A stretch of DNA of 64,000 bases from Candidatus Nealsonbacteria bacterium (GCA_030628945.1 DAOVPY010000003.1:1297-65296), one strand, 5' to 3'. Shown: positions 15,983-25,965, counted from the first letter of the stretch. Numbers and translations: made by a program. The notes: generated from the letters alone by a model not told the origin.

Positions 15983-18355
15983 ATGAAAAAATCGCAAAAA
16001 AATATACTTTGGTATAAGGAAATCTCAAAAGATGACGTGGCATTGGTAGGGGGTAAGAACGCTTCGCTTGGGGAGATGTTTTCAAAGCTGACTAAAAAGG
16101 GGATTAATATCCCTGACGGGTTTGTTTTGACTTCCCATGCTTACTGGTATTTTTTGCGGGAGAATAAAATAGATAAAAAACTGAAAGAAATTTTTAGCAA
16201 ATTTAATCCTAATAGCATAAAATCGCTCAAAAAAACCGGAAATGCGGCGCGGCAATTGATTTTAAAAGCCGAATTTCCGCAAGACCTGAAAAAAGAAATT
16301 TTGAGAGATTATCAAAAGTTGTCGCAGAAATATAATCAGAAAAATACCGACGTCGCGGTAAGAAGTTCGGCAACAGCTGAAGACCTTCCAAGCGCGTCTT
16401 TCGCGGGACAGCACGAGACCTACCTTAATGTTTACGGAGAAGAAGATTTATTAAAATCCATCAAAAATTGTATTGCTTCTTTATTTACCGACAGGGCCAT
16501 AGCTTATCGCGAAGAAAAAAGATTTAATCATCTGAAAATCGCTTTGTCAGTGGGAATTCAAAAAATGGTTCGGTCTGATTTGGCTTCGGCGGGAATAATA
16601 TTTACTCTTGACACTGAAACAGGCTTTCAAAATGTGGTTTTAATCAATTCTACATGGGGAATTGGCGAAATGATTGTCAAAGGAAAAATTACGCCGGACG
16701 AATTTTATGTTTTCAAACCAACCCTGAAACAAGGATATAAATCCATAATTTCCAAAAATTTAGGAAGAAAAACAAATAAATACATCTATGGCAAAGACAG
16801 CGGCTTGAAAGAGATTAAAGTTTCGTTAAAAAATCAGGCAGAATTTTCTGTTACTGACAAGGAAATTCTAATTCTGGCAAATTGGGCAGCGCAGATTGAG
16901 CAACATTATAAGACGCCACAGGATATTGAATGGGCAAAGGATGGAAAAACCAAGCAATTATTTATTGTCCAGGCAAGGCCGGAAACAGTTCACGCGCCAA
17001 AAGAAATTAAAACCTATCAAGAATACCAGGTTCAAACTAAACAAAAACCAATCCTGGAAGGGATTGCCATCGGGAATAAAATCGGCCAGGGAAAAGTTCG
17101 TATTATCAAAGACATTTCTAAAATTTCAGAATTTAAGAAAGGCGAAATTTTGGTAACAAAAATTACTGATCCTGACTGGGTGCCGATAATGCGGCTCGCC
17201 TCGGCTATTATTACTAATGAAGGCGGAAAAACCTGCCATTCAGCAATAGTAGCCAGAGAGTTAGGGATACCTTGTATTGTGGGGACAAAAAACGCAACTA
17301 AAATTTTAAGAAATAAACAGGAGATAACAGTTGATTGCGCGCAAGGGTTAAACGGCAAGGTTTATCAGGGTAAAATTCCTTTTAGAATTAAAAAATACAA
17401 TTTGAAGAAAATTCCGAAGTTGAAAACAAAGATAATGATTAATATCGCCGCGCCGGATATTGCTTTTAAGACCTCGTTTTTACCGAATGACGGCGTTGGA
17501 TTGGCAAGGGAGGAATTTATTATTGCGGAAAAAATCAGAATTCATCCATTAGCCCTATATCATTATGAAAAGTTAAAAATAAAATCAATAATTAAGCAGA
17601 TAGACGAGATAACAGTTGGGTATCAAGATAAAAAGCAATATTTTGTGGATAAATTAGCCGAAGGCGTTGGCATAATTGCGGCCGCGTTTTATCCCAAAGA
17701 GGTGATTGTGCGATTTTCCGATTTCAAAACCAATGAATACAAAAATCTTATTGGCGGCGAGTTATTTGAAGGCGAGGAATCAAATCCAATGCTTGGTTTC
17801 AGAGGCGCCTGTCGTTATGTTGACAAAGAATTTCAGCCGGCTTTTAAAATGGAGTGCCAGGCGATAAAAAAGGCGCGCGAGGTTTTTGGCTTAAAAAATA
17901 TTACGATGGAAATTCCTTTTTGCCGCACAGTAGAGGGAGGGAAGGAAGTACTTGAATTAATGAAGCGATATGGATTAGAAAAAGGCAAAGATGGCTTGAA
18001 AGTCATTGTGATGTGCGAAATTCCTTCAAATGTGATTTTAGCGGATGAATTTTTGAAAATTTTTGACGGGATGTCTATCGGTTCCAATGATCTTACACAG
18101 TTGGTTTTGGGAGTGGACAGAGACAACGCCAAGATTGCTTGTATTGGCGACGAAAGAAATGAAGCGGTAAAAAAGATGCTCAGAAGGGTTATTAAAACCT
18201 GTCAAGAAAAGAAAAAAGGCTGCGGAATTTGCGGACAGGGCCCGAGCGATTATCCGGAATTCGCGGAATTTTTGGTCAAAGAGGGGATAGAGAGCATTTC
18301 CTTAAACCCTGATACTATAATTAAAACAATTTTAAACCTGTCAAAAATCAAATAA
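15983..18355 (+). CDS. ppsA: Phosphoenolpyruvate synthase (pyruvate, water dikinase)
   Basis: GGKNASLGEM, phosphohistidine motif GGKTCHSAIVAREL, and a C-terminal PEP-utilising TIM-barrel domain. Confidence 0.9.
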   Translation: MKKSQKNILWYKEISKDDVALVGGKNASLGEMFSKLTKKGINIPDGFVLTSHAYWYFLRENKIDKKLKEIFSKFNPNSIKSLKKTGNAARQLILKAEFPQDLKKEILRDYQKLSQKYNQKNTDVAVRSSATAEDLPSASFAGQHETYLNVYGEEDLLKSIKNCIASLFTDRAIAYREEKRFNHLKIALSVGIQKMVRSDLASAGIIFTLDTETGFQNVVLINSTWGIGEMIVKGKITPDEFYVFKPTLKQGYKSIISKNLGRKTNKYIYGKDSGLKEIKVSLKNQAEFSVTDKEILILANWAAQIEQHYKTPQDIEWAKDGKTKQLFIVQARPETVHAPKEIKTYQEYQVQTKQKPILEGIAIGNKIGQGKVRIIKDISKISEFKKGEILVTKITDPDWVPIMRLASAIITNEGGKTCHSAIVARELGIPCIVGTKNATKILRNKQEITVDCAQGLNGKVYQGKIPFRIKKYNLKKIPKLKTKIMINIAAPDIAFKTSFLPNDGVGLAREEFIIAEKIRIHPLALYHYEKLKIKSIIKQIDEITVGYQDKKQYFVDKLAEGVGIIAAAFYPKEVIVRFSDFKTNEYKNLIGGELFEGEESNPMLGFRGACRYVDKEFQPAFKMECQAIKKAREVFGLKNITMEIPFCRTVEGGKEVLELMKRYGLEKGKDGLKVIVMCEIPSNVILADEFLKIFDGMSIGSNDLTQLVLGVDRDNAKIACIGDERNEAVKKMLRRVIKTCQEKKKGCGICGQGPSDYPEFAEFLVKEGIESISLNPDTIIKTILNLSKIK

Positions 18356-18412
18356 AGATTTTTTGACATAAATTTTCAAAAAGGATACAATAAGAAAATA
18401 AACATAACATAT

Positions 18413-19297
18413 ATGATAAAAACATTAGAAGAACATTTAAAAGGAATTGACAACGAACTAGCCGGTTTAATTCTTAAAATAAGCGAGCTGGCAAACATTA
18501 TAAGCAGCGAACTTCCATATAGGCGAGGCAAGGCAGACACGAAAAATGTATTCGGAGAGGTTCAGCTTGTTATAGACAAATGGGCGGATCAGTTTTTAAT
18601 TGATGAATTTAAAAAATCAAATTTAGTTAAAGCAGTGGTTTCCGAAGAACAACCTGATATAGTAAAACTTAACAAGGATGGAATATTTAATGTTACTTTG
18701 GATCCTTTAGATGGTTCGTCAAATATTGAGAGCAACAATCTAGTCGGGACAATAATCGGAATATACAAAAAAGATTTGCCTTGCCAGGGAAAGCACCAGA
18801 TAGCCGCAATGTACATTTTATACGGTCCGGTGACAACCTTGGTTTATGCGGCAGAGAACGGCGTCCACGAATTTTTATACACTTCAAAAGGATTTGTTTT
18901 AAGGGAGGAAAATATAAGGATTCCAGAGCCGGGCAAGCTGTACGGCATCGGCGGATTGCGAAAGGACTGGCTGCCGCCTTTTAGAAAATATATTGAAGGG
19001 TTAGAAGAAGATGGTTATAAATTAAGATACGGAGGGGCTTTTGTAGGAGATTTCAATCAAATACTTCATTATGGCGGAATTTTCGCCTATCCTGCGTTAG
19101 CTACAAAACCAGGCGGAAAATTGCGATTGTTTGCCGAGGCCAATCCCATGTCATTTATAGCAGAAAAAATGGGAGGGGCTTCAACAAATGGTTCAATGTC
19201 TATATTAGAGATTAAACCAGAGAGCATATCTCAAAGAGTCCCAATATATATTGGGAATAAAGGTCTTGTAGAAAAATTAGAAAAAACATTAATATAA
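18413..19297 (+). CDS. fbp: Fructose-1,6-bisphosphatase class 1 (short)
   Basis: VTLDPLDGSSNIE and YGGAFVGDF..IL..GGIFAYP. Confidence 0.85.
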   Translation: MIKTLEEHLKGIDNELAGLILKISELANIISSELPYRRGKADTKNVFGEVQLVIDKWADQFLIDEFKKSNLVKAVVSEEQPDIVKLNKDGIFNVTLDPLDGSSNIESNNLVGTIIGIYKKDLPCQGKHQIAAMYILYGPVTTLVYAAENGVHEFLYTSKGFVLREENIRIPEPGKLYGIGGLRKDWLPPFRKYIEGLEEDGYKLRYGGAFVGDFNQILHYGGIFAYPALATKPGGKLRLFAEANPMSFIAEKMGGASTNGSMSILEIKPESISQRVPIYIGNKGLVEKLEKTLI

Positions 19298-19306
19298 AAT
19301 AAAATT

Positions 19307-20221
19307 ATGGAAGAAAAAGACATTAAAGTGCCATTGGACGTTCCGGAAAATATGCGGAAAAAATACATAGAGAATTTTGTGAATATTACACGCGGTTCGG
19401 GACGTTTAATGCTTTTTGCCGGCGATCAGAAAATAGAGCATCTTAATAATGATTTTTACGGAGAAGAAATTCATTCTGACGATGCTGACCCAGAGCATCT
19501 CTTCAGAGTTGCGGACAAAGCAAAGATTGGCGTATTCGCCGTTCAATTTGGTCTTATTGCTAAATACGGCGCTGACTATAAAAATATCCAATATCTCGTA
19601 AAACTTAATTCAAAAACAAACCTTGTAAAAACTGCTCAAAAAGATCCTTATAGCGGAAAAATCGTTGATGTTGAGCAAGTCGTTGAGTTTCAAAAAAATT
19701 CAGGCCTAAAAATACTTGCTTGCGGCTATACAATTTATCTGGGCAGCGAATATGAAGACAAAATGTTAAGGGAAGCCGCAGAAATGGTGCGCGAAGCGCA
19801 TAAAAACGGCTTTTTAACAGTTCTTTGGATATATCCCAGAGGTAAGGCGGTAAAAGACGAAAAAGATCCGCACTTGATTGCGGGAGCAACAGGAGTTGCA
19901 GTATGCCTCGGAGCTGATTTTGTTAAAATTAATTATCCTAAAAAAGAAGGAGAGGATTCAAAAGAAATTTTCAAAGAGGCTGTTAAAGCAGGAGGCAGAA
20001 CCAATGTTGTTTGCGCCGGCGGTTCTTCCACGGATGTGAGGGTTTTTCTTCAAAGACTTTATGACCAGCTTGAAAGCGGCGCTAAGGGCAATGCCACCGG
20101 AAGAAATATCCATCAAAAGAGCATTAAAGAAGCAGTGAGTATGTGTAATGCAATTTACGCGCTAACCGTTGAAAACAAAAGCGTTGACCAAGCTTTGAAG
20201 ATTTATGAGGAAGGAAAATAA
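19307..20221 (+). CDS. fba: Class I fructose-bisphosphate aldolase (archaeal/DhnA-FbaB type, DeoC/LacD family)
   Basis: FAGDQKIEH, DFVKINYP (Schiff-base Lys context). Lies next to fbp. Confidence 0.7.
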   Translation: MEEKDIKVPLDVPENMRKKYIENFVNITRGSGRLMLFAGDQKIEHLNNDFYGEEIHSDDADPEHLFRVADKAKIGVFAVQFGLIAKYGADYKNIQYLVKLNSKTNLVKTAQKDPYSGKIVDVEQVVEFQKNSGLKILACGYTIYLGSEYEDKMLREAAEMVREAHKNGFLTVLWIYPRGKAVKDEKDPHLIAGATGVAVCLGADFVKINYPKKEGEDSKEIFKEAVKAGGRTNVVCAGGSSTDVRVFLQRLYDQLESGAKGNATGRNIHQKSIKEAVSMCNAIYALTVENKSVDQALKIYEEGK

Positions 20222-20225
20222 TCAT

Positions 20226-20447
20226 ATGGTAAGAATTATTTTTGAAAAATCAAAATGCGTTGGATGCGGTTCCTGCGCCGCTGTTTGCCCGAAATATTGG
20301 GAAATGAGCGAAGACGGCAAAGCGCGGCTTAAGAACGGCAAGCCTGGCGCGGGCAATGGAAGCGAAGAAATAGAGATTAACGAGGTTGATTGCAACAAGG
20401 AAGCAAGCAACGTCTGCCCGTCGCAGTGCATCCGCATTAAAGATTGA
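20226..20447 (+). CDS. Small ferredoxin
   Basis: 73 aa; CVGCGSCAAVCP ... CPSQCI. Confidence 0.7.
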   Translation: MVRIIFEKSKCVGCGSCAAVCPKYWEMSEDGKARLKNGKPGAGNGSEEIEINEVDCNKEASNVCPSQCIRIKD

Positions 20448-20448
20448 T

Positions 20449-21141
20449 ATGATTTCCATATCGGCGAAACTTAGAGGAAATAAAAAACCAAATGCCCTTA
20501 GAAAAGAGGGTGTTTTGCCAGCGGTTTTATACGGACCTAAAATTAAGAACTTGTCTTTGGAAGTGGACGCAAAGAGTTTTGAAAAAATTTATCAACAGGC
20601 AGGCAGGACTTCTTTGATTTCCTTGGAGATAAAAGGAGGGGGCGAAGAGAAATTTTTAGTTTTAATTCAGGATGTTCAGTCGGATCCCTTAACCGATAAT
20701 TTACTTAACGTGGATTTTTATCAGCCATCTCTAAAACAAGAAACCGAGGCAAAAATTCCTTTGGTTTTTGAAGGCGAAGCCCTGGCAGTTAAAGAATTAG
20801 GCGGAACCCTGATAAAACGTTTTCAAGAAATAGAAGTGAGGGCCTTGCCTCAAAATTTCCCCCATGAAATCAGAGTTGACGTTAGCGGTTTGAAAACTTT
20901 TAAGGACAATATTTTAATTAAGGATTTAAGAGTTTCAGAAGGAGTAAAAATTTTGAAAAAAATGGAAGAAATTGTTGCTTTAGTCGTGCCGGCAGAGAAG
21001 GTGGAGGAAGAGTTGGAAAAGCCGATTGAGGAAAAAGTGGAAGAAGTGGAGAAAGCTGGAGAGGGAGAGGAAGAGAAGGAGAAGGAGAAAGAAGCGCCGG
21101 AAACAGAAGAAAAAGAGGAGGAGAAAAAGAAAAATGTCTAA
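20449..21141 (+). CDS. rplY: 50S ribosomal protein L25/Ctc with acidic C-terminal tail
   Basis: LRKEGVLPAVLYG; Ctc two-domain length; E/K-rich tail. Confidence 0.85.
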   Translation: MISISAKLRGNKKPNALRKEGVLPAVLYGPKIKNLSLEVDAKSFEKIYQQAGRTSLISLEIKGGGEEKFLVLIQDVQSDPLTDNLLNVDFYQPSLKQETEAKIPLVFEGEALAVKELGGTLIKRFQEIEVRALPQNFPHEIRVDVSGLKTFKDNILIKDLRVSEGVKILKKMEEIVALVVPAEKVEEELEKPIEEKVEEVEKAGEGEEEKEKEKEAPETEEKEEEKKKNV

Positions 21142-21273
21142 ATCCTAATTAACCTAATGTCTAATCAATACCCAATGTCCAATAACCCAATGACCAAAAA
21201 ATTTAGACATTAGAAAGCAACCCTACGGGGAGTCTTCCGCTAAAAGCGGAATCCAGGGGATTTGGGATTTGAT

Positions 21274-21301
21274 TAGAAATTAGAAATTAGAAATTAGAAA
21301 T
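21274..21301. repeat. Heptamer tandem repeat x4 (tagaaat), intergenic
   Basis: gatTAGAAATTAGAAATTAGAAATTAGAAATtaaag. Confidence 0.85.
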
Positions 21302-21337
21302 TAAAGACCTGAGTTTTAAGATTTGCTATCTAAAAAT

Positions 21338-22816
21338 ATGCCTTCTCGCATTTTAAAATTAGTTTCATTATTCTTGTTTGTTTCGGTTTTGGTTTTGCCG
21401 AACTTTTTTGTTTTAAGCGAGGAGCCAGACGCTTCGCTAAATTTAGAAGAAATTTGCGAAAAAATTTGTCAAATTGAGCAAAAACCGGAAGAGGTTTCAG
21501 ATGAGGAATACAAATCTTTATTAAGAAAATGCGAAGCCTATTATCAGGAAAAAAGCGAGGAAATAGAAAAGGATATCACTAAAACCCAAAAGGAAAAGAA
21601 AACTCTTCAAAATGAAATTTGGAGCATCAGAAACACAATAAAAAAACTGGAGAACCAGATTTATCAAAGCAATTTAATGATTAAAGACCTTGGCTTGCAG
21701 ATTGAGGATACAGAAGGCGCTATTGGAAAAACCTCTTTGAAGATTGGAAAATCGCAGGAAAAATTAGTTAATATCTTAAGAACAATTTACGAGGAGGACC
21801 AGAAGTCAATAGTTGAGACATTGCTTTCAGAAGCCAATCTGTCTGATTTTTTTGATAATTTAGTCGCCCTGGGGGCTCTCGGAGCTGAAAACAAAAAACT
21901 TTTGGGCCATATTAAAAATCTAAAACTTTATCTTGAAGAGCAAAAGGGATCTCTTGACAGCGAAAAACAGGAATTAGAGGGGGTAGTGGTTGTGCGGTCC
22001 CTGCAAAAACGGGAAAATGCGGCGGCAAAAAGAAAGCAGGAAGGTTTATTAAAAATGACCGAAGCGGAATATCAGCAATCTTTGAAAGAGAAAAAAGAAA
22101 CCCAAGAAAGGATAACTAAAATTGGAAATTTGCTTTTTGAATTGTTGGAAGTGCCGTCCGGCGGCATAAAATTTGAGGATGCGGTAGAAATTGCCAGGTC
22201 CACTTCTCTGCTTACGGGCATAAGTCCGGGATTTTCTTTAGCAATTCTCTGGCAAGAAACAAGAATAGGAAAACTTAAAGGAGGATGTTATTTGAGAGAT
22301 AAAAAGACAGGAGACGGGATTTACATTAAGACCGGGAACAAAGCGCCGCGGACAATGAAGCCGAGTCGCGATATATCTCCTTTTGAAAAAATTATTAAAG
22401 AGTTGGATAAAGCTAAAAAAATAGAAACTGATATGTTTCATACTCCGGTGTCTTGCTGTATGGTTCTTAGTAATGGAAATTTGTTTGGTTGGGGAGGGGC
22501 AATGGGTCCTGCCCAGTTTATTCCTTCCACATGGATGCTTGTTAAACAAGAAATAGAAAAAAAGACCGGCAATATTCCGGCTAATCCTTGGGATATACGA
22601 GACGCTTTTTTGGCTAATGGCTTATATCTGAGAGATTTGGGGGCAAACGTTAAAACTTACAATGCGGAAATGAATGCCGCTTTGAGATATTTTGGCTGCA
22701 CTTCCAGTTGGTGCAGGAAAAATTATGGCGAACCAGTGATGGCTGTGGCAGAGTGCTGCGAGCAATATATCAATAACGGCACAATGTCTTCTGCGTGCGA
22801 AAATTTAATTTTTTAA
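21338..22816 (+). CDS. Secreted coiled-coil protein with C-terminal lytic-transglycosylase-like domain
   Basis: Signal/TM LKLVSLFLFVSVLVLP, then about 250 aa of coiled coil. C-terminus carries ILWQETRIG (candidate catalytic Glu) and GAMGPAQFIPSTW. Confidence 0.55.
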   Translation: MPSRILKLVSLFLFVSVLVLPNFFVLSEEPDASLNLEEICEKICQIEQKPEEVSDEEYKSLLRKCEAYYQEKSEEIEKDITKTQKEKKTLQNEIWSIRNTIKKLENQIYQSNLMIKDLGLQIEDTEGAIGKTSLKIGKSQEKLVNILRTIYEEDQKSIVETLLSEANLSDFFDNLVALGALGAENKKLLGHIKNLKLYLEEQKGSLDSEKQELEGVVVVRSLQKRENAAAKRKQEGLLKMTEAEYQQSLKEKKETQERITKIGNLLFELLEVPSGGIKFEDAVEIARSTSLLTGISPGFSLAILWQETRIGKLKGGCYLRDKKTGDGIYIKTGNKAPRTMKPSRDISPFEKIIKELDKAKKIETDMFHTPVSCCMVLSNGNLFGWGGAMGPAQFIPSTWMLVKQEIEKKTGNIPANPWDIRDAFLANGLYLRDLGANVKTYNAEMNAALRYFGCTSSWCRKNYGEPVMAVAECCEQYINNGTMSSACENLIF

Positions 22817-22827
22817 CCAAATAAAAT

Positions 22828-22875
22828 AAAATCCATTACAAACTAATCCGATCGGATTAGTTTGTAATGGATTTT
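22828..22875. terminator. 48-nt perfect palindrome (bidirectional terminator between convergent genes)
   Basis: aaaatccattacaaactaatccg|atcggattagtttgtaatggatttt. Confidence 0.8.
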
Positions 22876-22883
22876 ACAGGACG

Positions 22884-22912
22884 AAAATACACGGGTGATA
22901 CCCGTGTATTTT
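22884..22912. terminator. Second bidirectional hairpin terminator
   Basis: aaaatacacgggt-gat-acccgtgtatttt (13-bp stem). Confidence 0.8.
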
Positions 22913-22931
22913 TATTGTTTAACATCGTAAG

Positions 22932-23675
22932 TTAAACATTTTTTTGTTGGAGTTTTTTGATAATTGGTTCTAAATTGCCGTCCATAATGGCTTCCAGATT
23001 GTGCCATTTTTTTTTGATGCGGTGGTCGGTAAGCCGATCCTGGGGAAAATTATAGGTTCTGATTTTTTCCGCTCTCATAGCCGCATGAATCTGGGCCCTT
23101 CTGTTTCCGGCAGATTTTTCTTCTTCCTCCTTTTGTTGTTTTTCCAGGAGTCGGGCTTCTAATATTGCCAGAGCGTTTTCTCTGTTTTCCATTTGATTTC
23201 TTTGCGTCTGAGACGTTACTACAATTCCCGTGCGCAAGTGAGTAAGGCGGACAGCGGTTTCCCTTTTGTTGACGTATTGTCCGCCCGGTCCGGAGGAGCG
23301 GTAGTAATCAATTTTTAATTCGCCGGAGTTGATTTTGAATTGCGCTTTTGGCGGTTTTAATAAGACAGCGACTGTTGCCGTAGAAGTGTGAATTCTGCCG
23401 GATTTTTCAGTTTTGGGAATTCGCTGGACTCGATGAACTCCGCCTTCATATTTCATCTGAGAGAAAACATCGCTGCCGTTGAGGATAAAAGTTATTTGTT
23501 TAAAGCCGCCCAGGCCGGTAGGATGAGAGTCCAGGATTTTTTGCCGCCATTCTTGATTGCGCGCGTATCTACTGTACATTCTAAAAAGGTTTGCCGCGAA
23601 AAGAGCCGCCTCTTCGCCGCCCGCCCCGGCTCTGATTTCCATAATCACCGCCTGATGGAGGGATTCTTTATTCAT
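22932..23675 (-). CDS. prfA: Peptide chain release factor 1 lacking N-terminal domain 1
   Basis: PxT-type tripeptide ([14 protein letters not shown]) and GGQ ([11 protein letters not shown]). The protein starts at ...[14 protein letters not shown], about 105 residues into the E. coli RF1 sequence as recalled. Its start overlaps the rpmE stop (ATGA). Confidence 0.85.
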   Translation of the reverse strand: MNKESLHQAVIMEIRAGAGGEEAALFAANLFRMYSRYARNQEWRQKILDSHPTGLGGFKQITFILNGSDVFSQMKYEGGVHRVQRIPKTEKSGRIHTSTATVAVLLKPPKAQFKINSGELKIDYYRSSGPGGQYVNKRETAVRLTHLRTGIVVTSQTQRNQMENRENALAILEARLLEKQQKEEEEKSAGNRRAQIHAAMRAEKIRTYNFPQDRLTDHRIKKKWHNLEAIMDGNLEPIIKKLQQKNV

Positions 23676-23914
23676 TTTTTCTTTTTTCTTTCTTTTTTCT
23701 TTCTTTTTTCCTGTTTCTTCGCCAGCCGTTTCCTGAATTTTTCAACTCTGCCCAGAGTATCAATCATTTTTCCTTTTCCGGTATAAAAGGGATGGCATTT
23801 AGAGCAAACCTCAATTTCTAAGAATTCTTTTGTGGAGCCAATTGTAAAAGTATTTCCGCAGGCGCACTGAACCCGGGCTTTTGGATAATATTTAGGATGA
23901 ATGTCTTTTGCCAT
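23672..23914 (-). CDS. rpmE: 50S ribosomal protein L31 with Lys-rich C-terminal tail
   Basis: [10 protein letters not shown], CxC...[10 protein letters not shown] zinc motif; tail [15 protein letters not shown]. Confidence 0.9.
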   Translation of the reverse strand: MAKDIHPKYYPKARVQCACGNTFTIGSTKEFLEIEVCSKCHPFYTGKGKMIDTLGRVEKFRKRLAKKQEKRKKKERKKKK

Positions 23915-23926
23915 AATTATTGTTTG

Positions 23927-23963
23927 TTGGGCTTGTGCTTAACCGAGTTAAGCACAAGCCCAA
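23927..23963. repeat. 16-bp perfect palindrome between argF and rpmE sharing a 17-nt core with the 6696 hairpin
   Basis: ttgggcttgtgcttaa-ccgag-ttaagcacaagcccaa. Confidence 0.75.
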
Positions 23964-23981
23964 ATGATTATTGATTATTGA

Positions 23982-24899
23982 TTACTTTAATAATAATACT
24001 AAAATTGCTTTTTGGATATGGAGCCGATTTTCCGCTTGGTCAAAGATTATTGAGCTCTGGTGGTCCATCACTTCGTCGGTGATTTCCTGACCGCGATGAG
24101 CCGGAAGGCAGTGCATAATTTTTACATCCGGCTTTGCCAAAGCGACTAATGCTTTATTAACCTGATACGGCTTCAGGTTTTCTATTCTTTCTTCGCTGTC
24201 TTCCCTGCCCATACTCACCCAAGTATCAGTATAGATAATGTCAGCATTTTTTACAACTTTTTTCGGGTTATCAAGGATTTCTATTTTTGCGTTGGCGCGG
24301 GAGATGTCTTCCTTAGCCAAATCCAAAATTTCCTGTTTTATTTTGTATTTTTTGGGACAGCCCGCGCTGAAATTTACGCCCAATCTGGCGCATAAAAGCA
24401 ATAAAGAATTAGTGACATTATTATCTCCGTCTCCGATAAAGGCGATGGTTAAATTATTAAAGGTTTTTTTGTGTTCCCAAATCGTGAACAAATCAGTTAA
24501 TGCCTGGCAGGGATGGAATTTATCCGAAAGTCCGTTTATTATCGGTACTGTGGAGTTTTTACATAAATCAATAATATCCTGATGATTAAAAACCCGAGCC
24601 ATAATTCCATTCGCGTATCTTGAAAGTACTTTCGCGGTATCGCTAATTGTTTCTCCTCTGCCAAGTTGTAGGTCGGAAGCGGAAAGATAGAGAGCGTGGC
24701 CTCCTAATTGAGTCATTCCAACCTCAAAACTAACACGGGTTCGGGTAGACGGCTTTTGAAAAATCATTGCCAAACTCTTGCCCCGCAGCAATTCATGAGG
24801 TTCGCCTCTTTTTTGTTTTTCTTTTAATTCTTTTGCCAATTCAAAAGTTTGCCAAATCTCCTCTTTGGTAAAATCCTGAATTGTGGTGAGATGTTTCAT
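23982..24899 (-). CDS. argF: Ornithine carbamoyltransferase
   Basis: FQKPSTRTRVSFE, DTWVSMG, HCLPAHRGQE. Confidence 0.9.
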   Translation of the reverse strand: MKHLTTIQDFTKEEIWQTFELAKELKEKQKRGEPHELLRGKSLAMIFQKPSTRTRVSFEVGMTQLGGHALYLSASDLQLGRGETISDTAKVLSRYANGIMARVFNHQDIIDLCKNSTVPIINGLSDKFHPCQALTDLFTIWEHKKTFNNLTIAFIGDGDNNVTNSLLLLCARLGVNFSAGCPKKYKIKQEILDLAKEDISRANAKIEILDNPKKVVKNADIIYTDTWVSMGREDSEERIENLKPYQVNKALVALAKPDVKIMHCLPAHRGQEITDEVMDHQSSIIFDQAENRLHIQKAILVLLLK

Positions 24900-25855
24900 C
24901 TAATTATTGTTGTTCCGGCTTTTCCTTGTAATATTTTTTGGAGTTCATTAAGACGGCCAATCATCGCTTTGCTTCCCCCTTTTTTCAGAAATTTTATTGT
25001 TGCTTCAATTTTGGGTTTCATGCTCCCCGGGGCGAATTCTCCTTTTTTCAGCTCTTTCCGCGCTTCCGCGATTGTTAGTTTGTCTAACCATCGCTGGTTT
25101 GCTTTTTGAAAATTAAGCGCCACTTTTTTCACATTGGTAAGAATAATCAAATAATCAGCTTTTATTTGAATGGCAAGAACCTGGGAAGTCAAATCTTTGT
25201 CAATTACCGCGTCTGTTGGTTTTAATTTGTCCCGCATACTGCGGGATTTAATCATTGGGATTCCGCCGCCGCCGCAAGCAATTGGAATAAATCCTTTCTC
25301 CAACAAATTTTTTATAACCTCAATTTCCAAAATTTTCAAGGGCATGGGAGAGGCTACCACCCGCCTAAAAGCGCCGGGCATTATTTTTTTTAAAGTCATG
25401 CCTTGTTTTCTTAATTCTTCGGCTTCACGAGGAGTGTAAATCGGACCGATTGGCTTTATGGGTTTTGAGAAGTCCGGGTCGTATTTATTTATCAAGACAT
25501 GGGAGATTATGGCTACAGCTTTGGTTTTCAAGCTGTGTTTCTTAAATTCGTTATTAAGCGCGTTAACCAGCATTGTTCCGATTTGGCCCTGAGTTTGAGC
25601 GCCGCAAACAGAAAGGGGCATGCAAGGGACATATTCTTTTGAATATTCCTGCTGGAGCAGGATGTTGCCCACCTGGGGTCCGTTGCCATGAGTGATAACG
25701 ATTCTCCAACCTTTTTTTGCTATTTTAGCGATTTCTCGGGCTGTTTTTTCAGTATTTTTCAGTTGCTCTAAATAGCCCCCTTTGCCGCGAGGAGAACTTA
25801 GAGCGTTACCCCCCAAGGCGATAACTATAATTTTTGAACGCTTTTTCATTATCAC
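24896..25855 (-). CDS. arcC: Carbamate kinase
   Basis: IVIALGGNAL, ITHGNGPQVG, CGGGGIP. Overlaps the argF start by 4 nt. Confidence 0.9.
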   Translation of the reverse strand: MIMKKRSKIIVIALGGNALSSPRGKGGYLEQLKNTEKTAREIAKIAKKGWRIVITHGNGPQVGNILLQQEYSKEYVPCMPLSVCGAQTQGQIGTMLVNALNNEFKKHSLKTKAVAIISHVLINKYDPDFSKPIKPIGPIYTPREAEELRKQGMTLKKIMPGAFRRVVASPMPLKILEIEVIKNLLEKGFIPIACGGGGIPMIKSRSMRDKLKPTDAVIDKDLTSQVLAIQIKADYLIILTNVKKVALNFQKANQRWLDKLTIAEARKELKKGEFAPGSMKPKIEATIKFLKKGGSKAMIGRLNELQKILQGKAGTTIIR

Positions 25856-25959
25856 TCTTTTTTATAGCATATTGAGCGAATCCCGCAATGTGCGGGGTTC
25901 TCGTTCCGCTTCCAGCGGAACTCAAACTTATCCACAAAGATTTTTATTTTGAAATGCGG

Positions 25960-25965
25960 TATAAT
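25960..25965 (+). promoter_or_regulatory. -10 box TATAAT, 7 nt upstream of the start codon
   Basis: ggTATAATgaagtatATGgcaaag. Confidence 0.45.

Noticed and set aside
22932-23675. Interpreting the short release factor as PrfH or ArfB/ICT1.
   Set aside because: It retains the full decoding domain with a PxT-type motif plus domains 3-4 and aligns along RF1. ArfB-type proteins lack the decoding domain, and no RtcB partner gene is adjacent.
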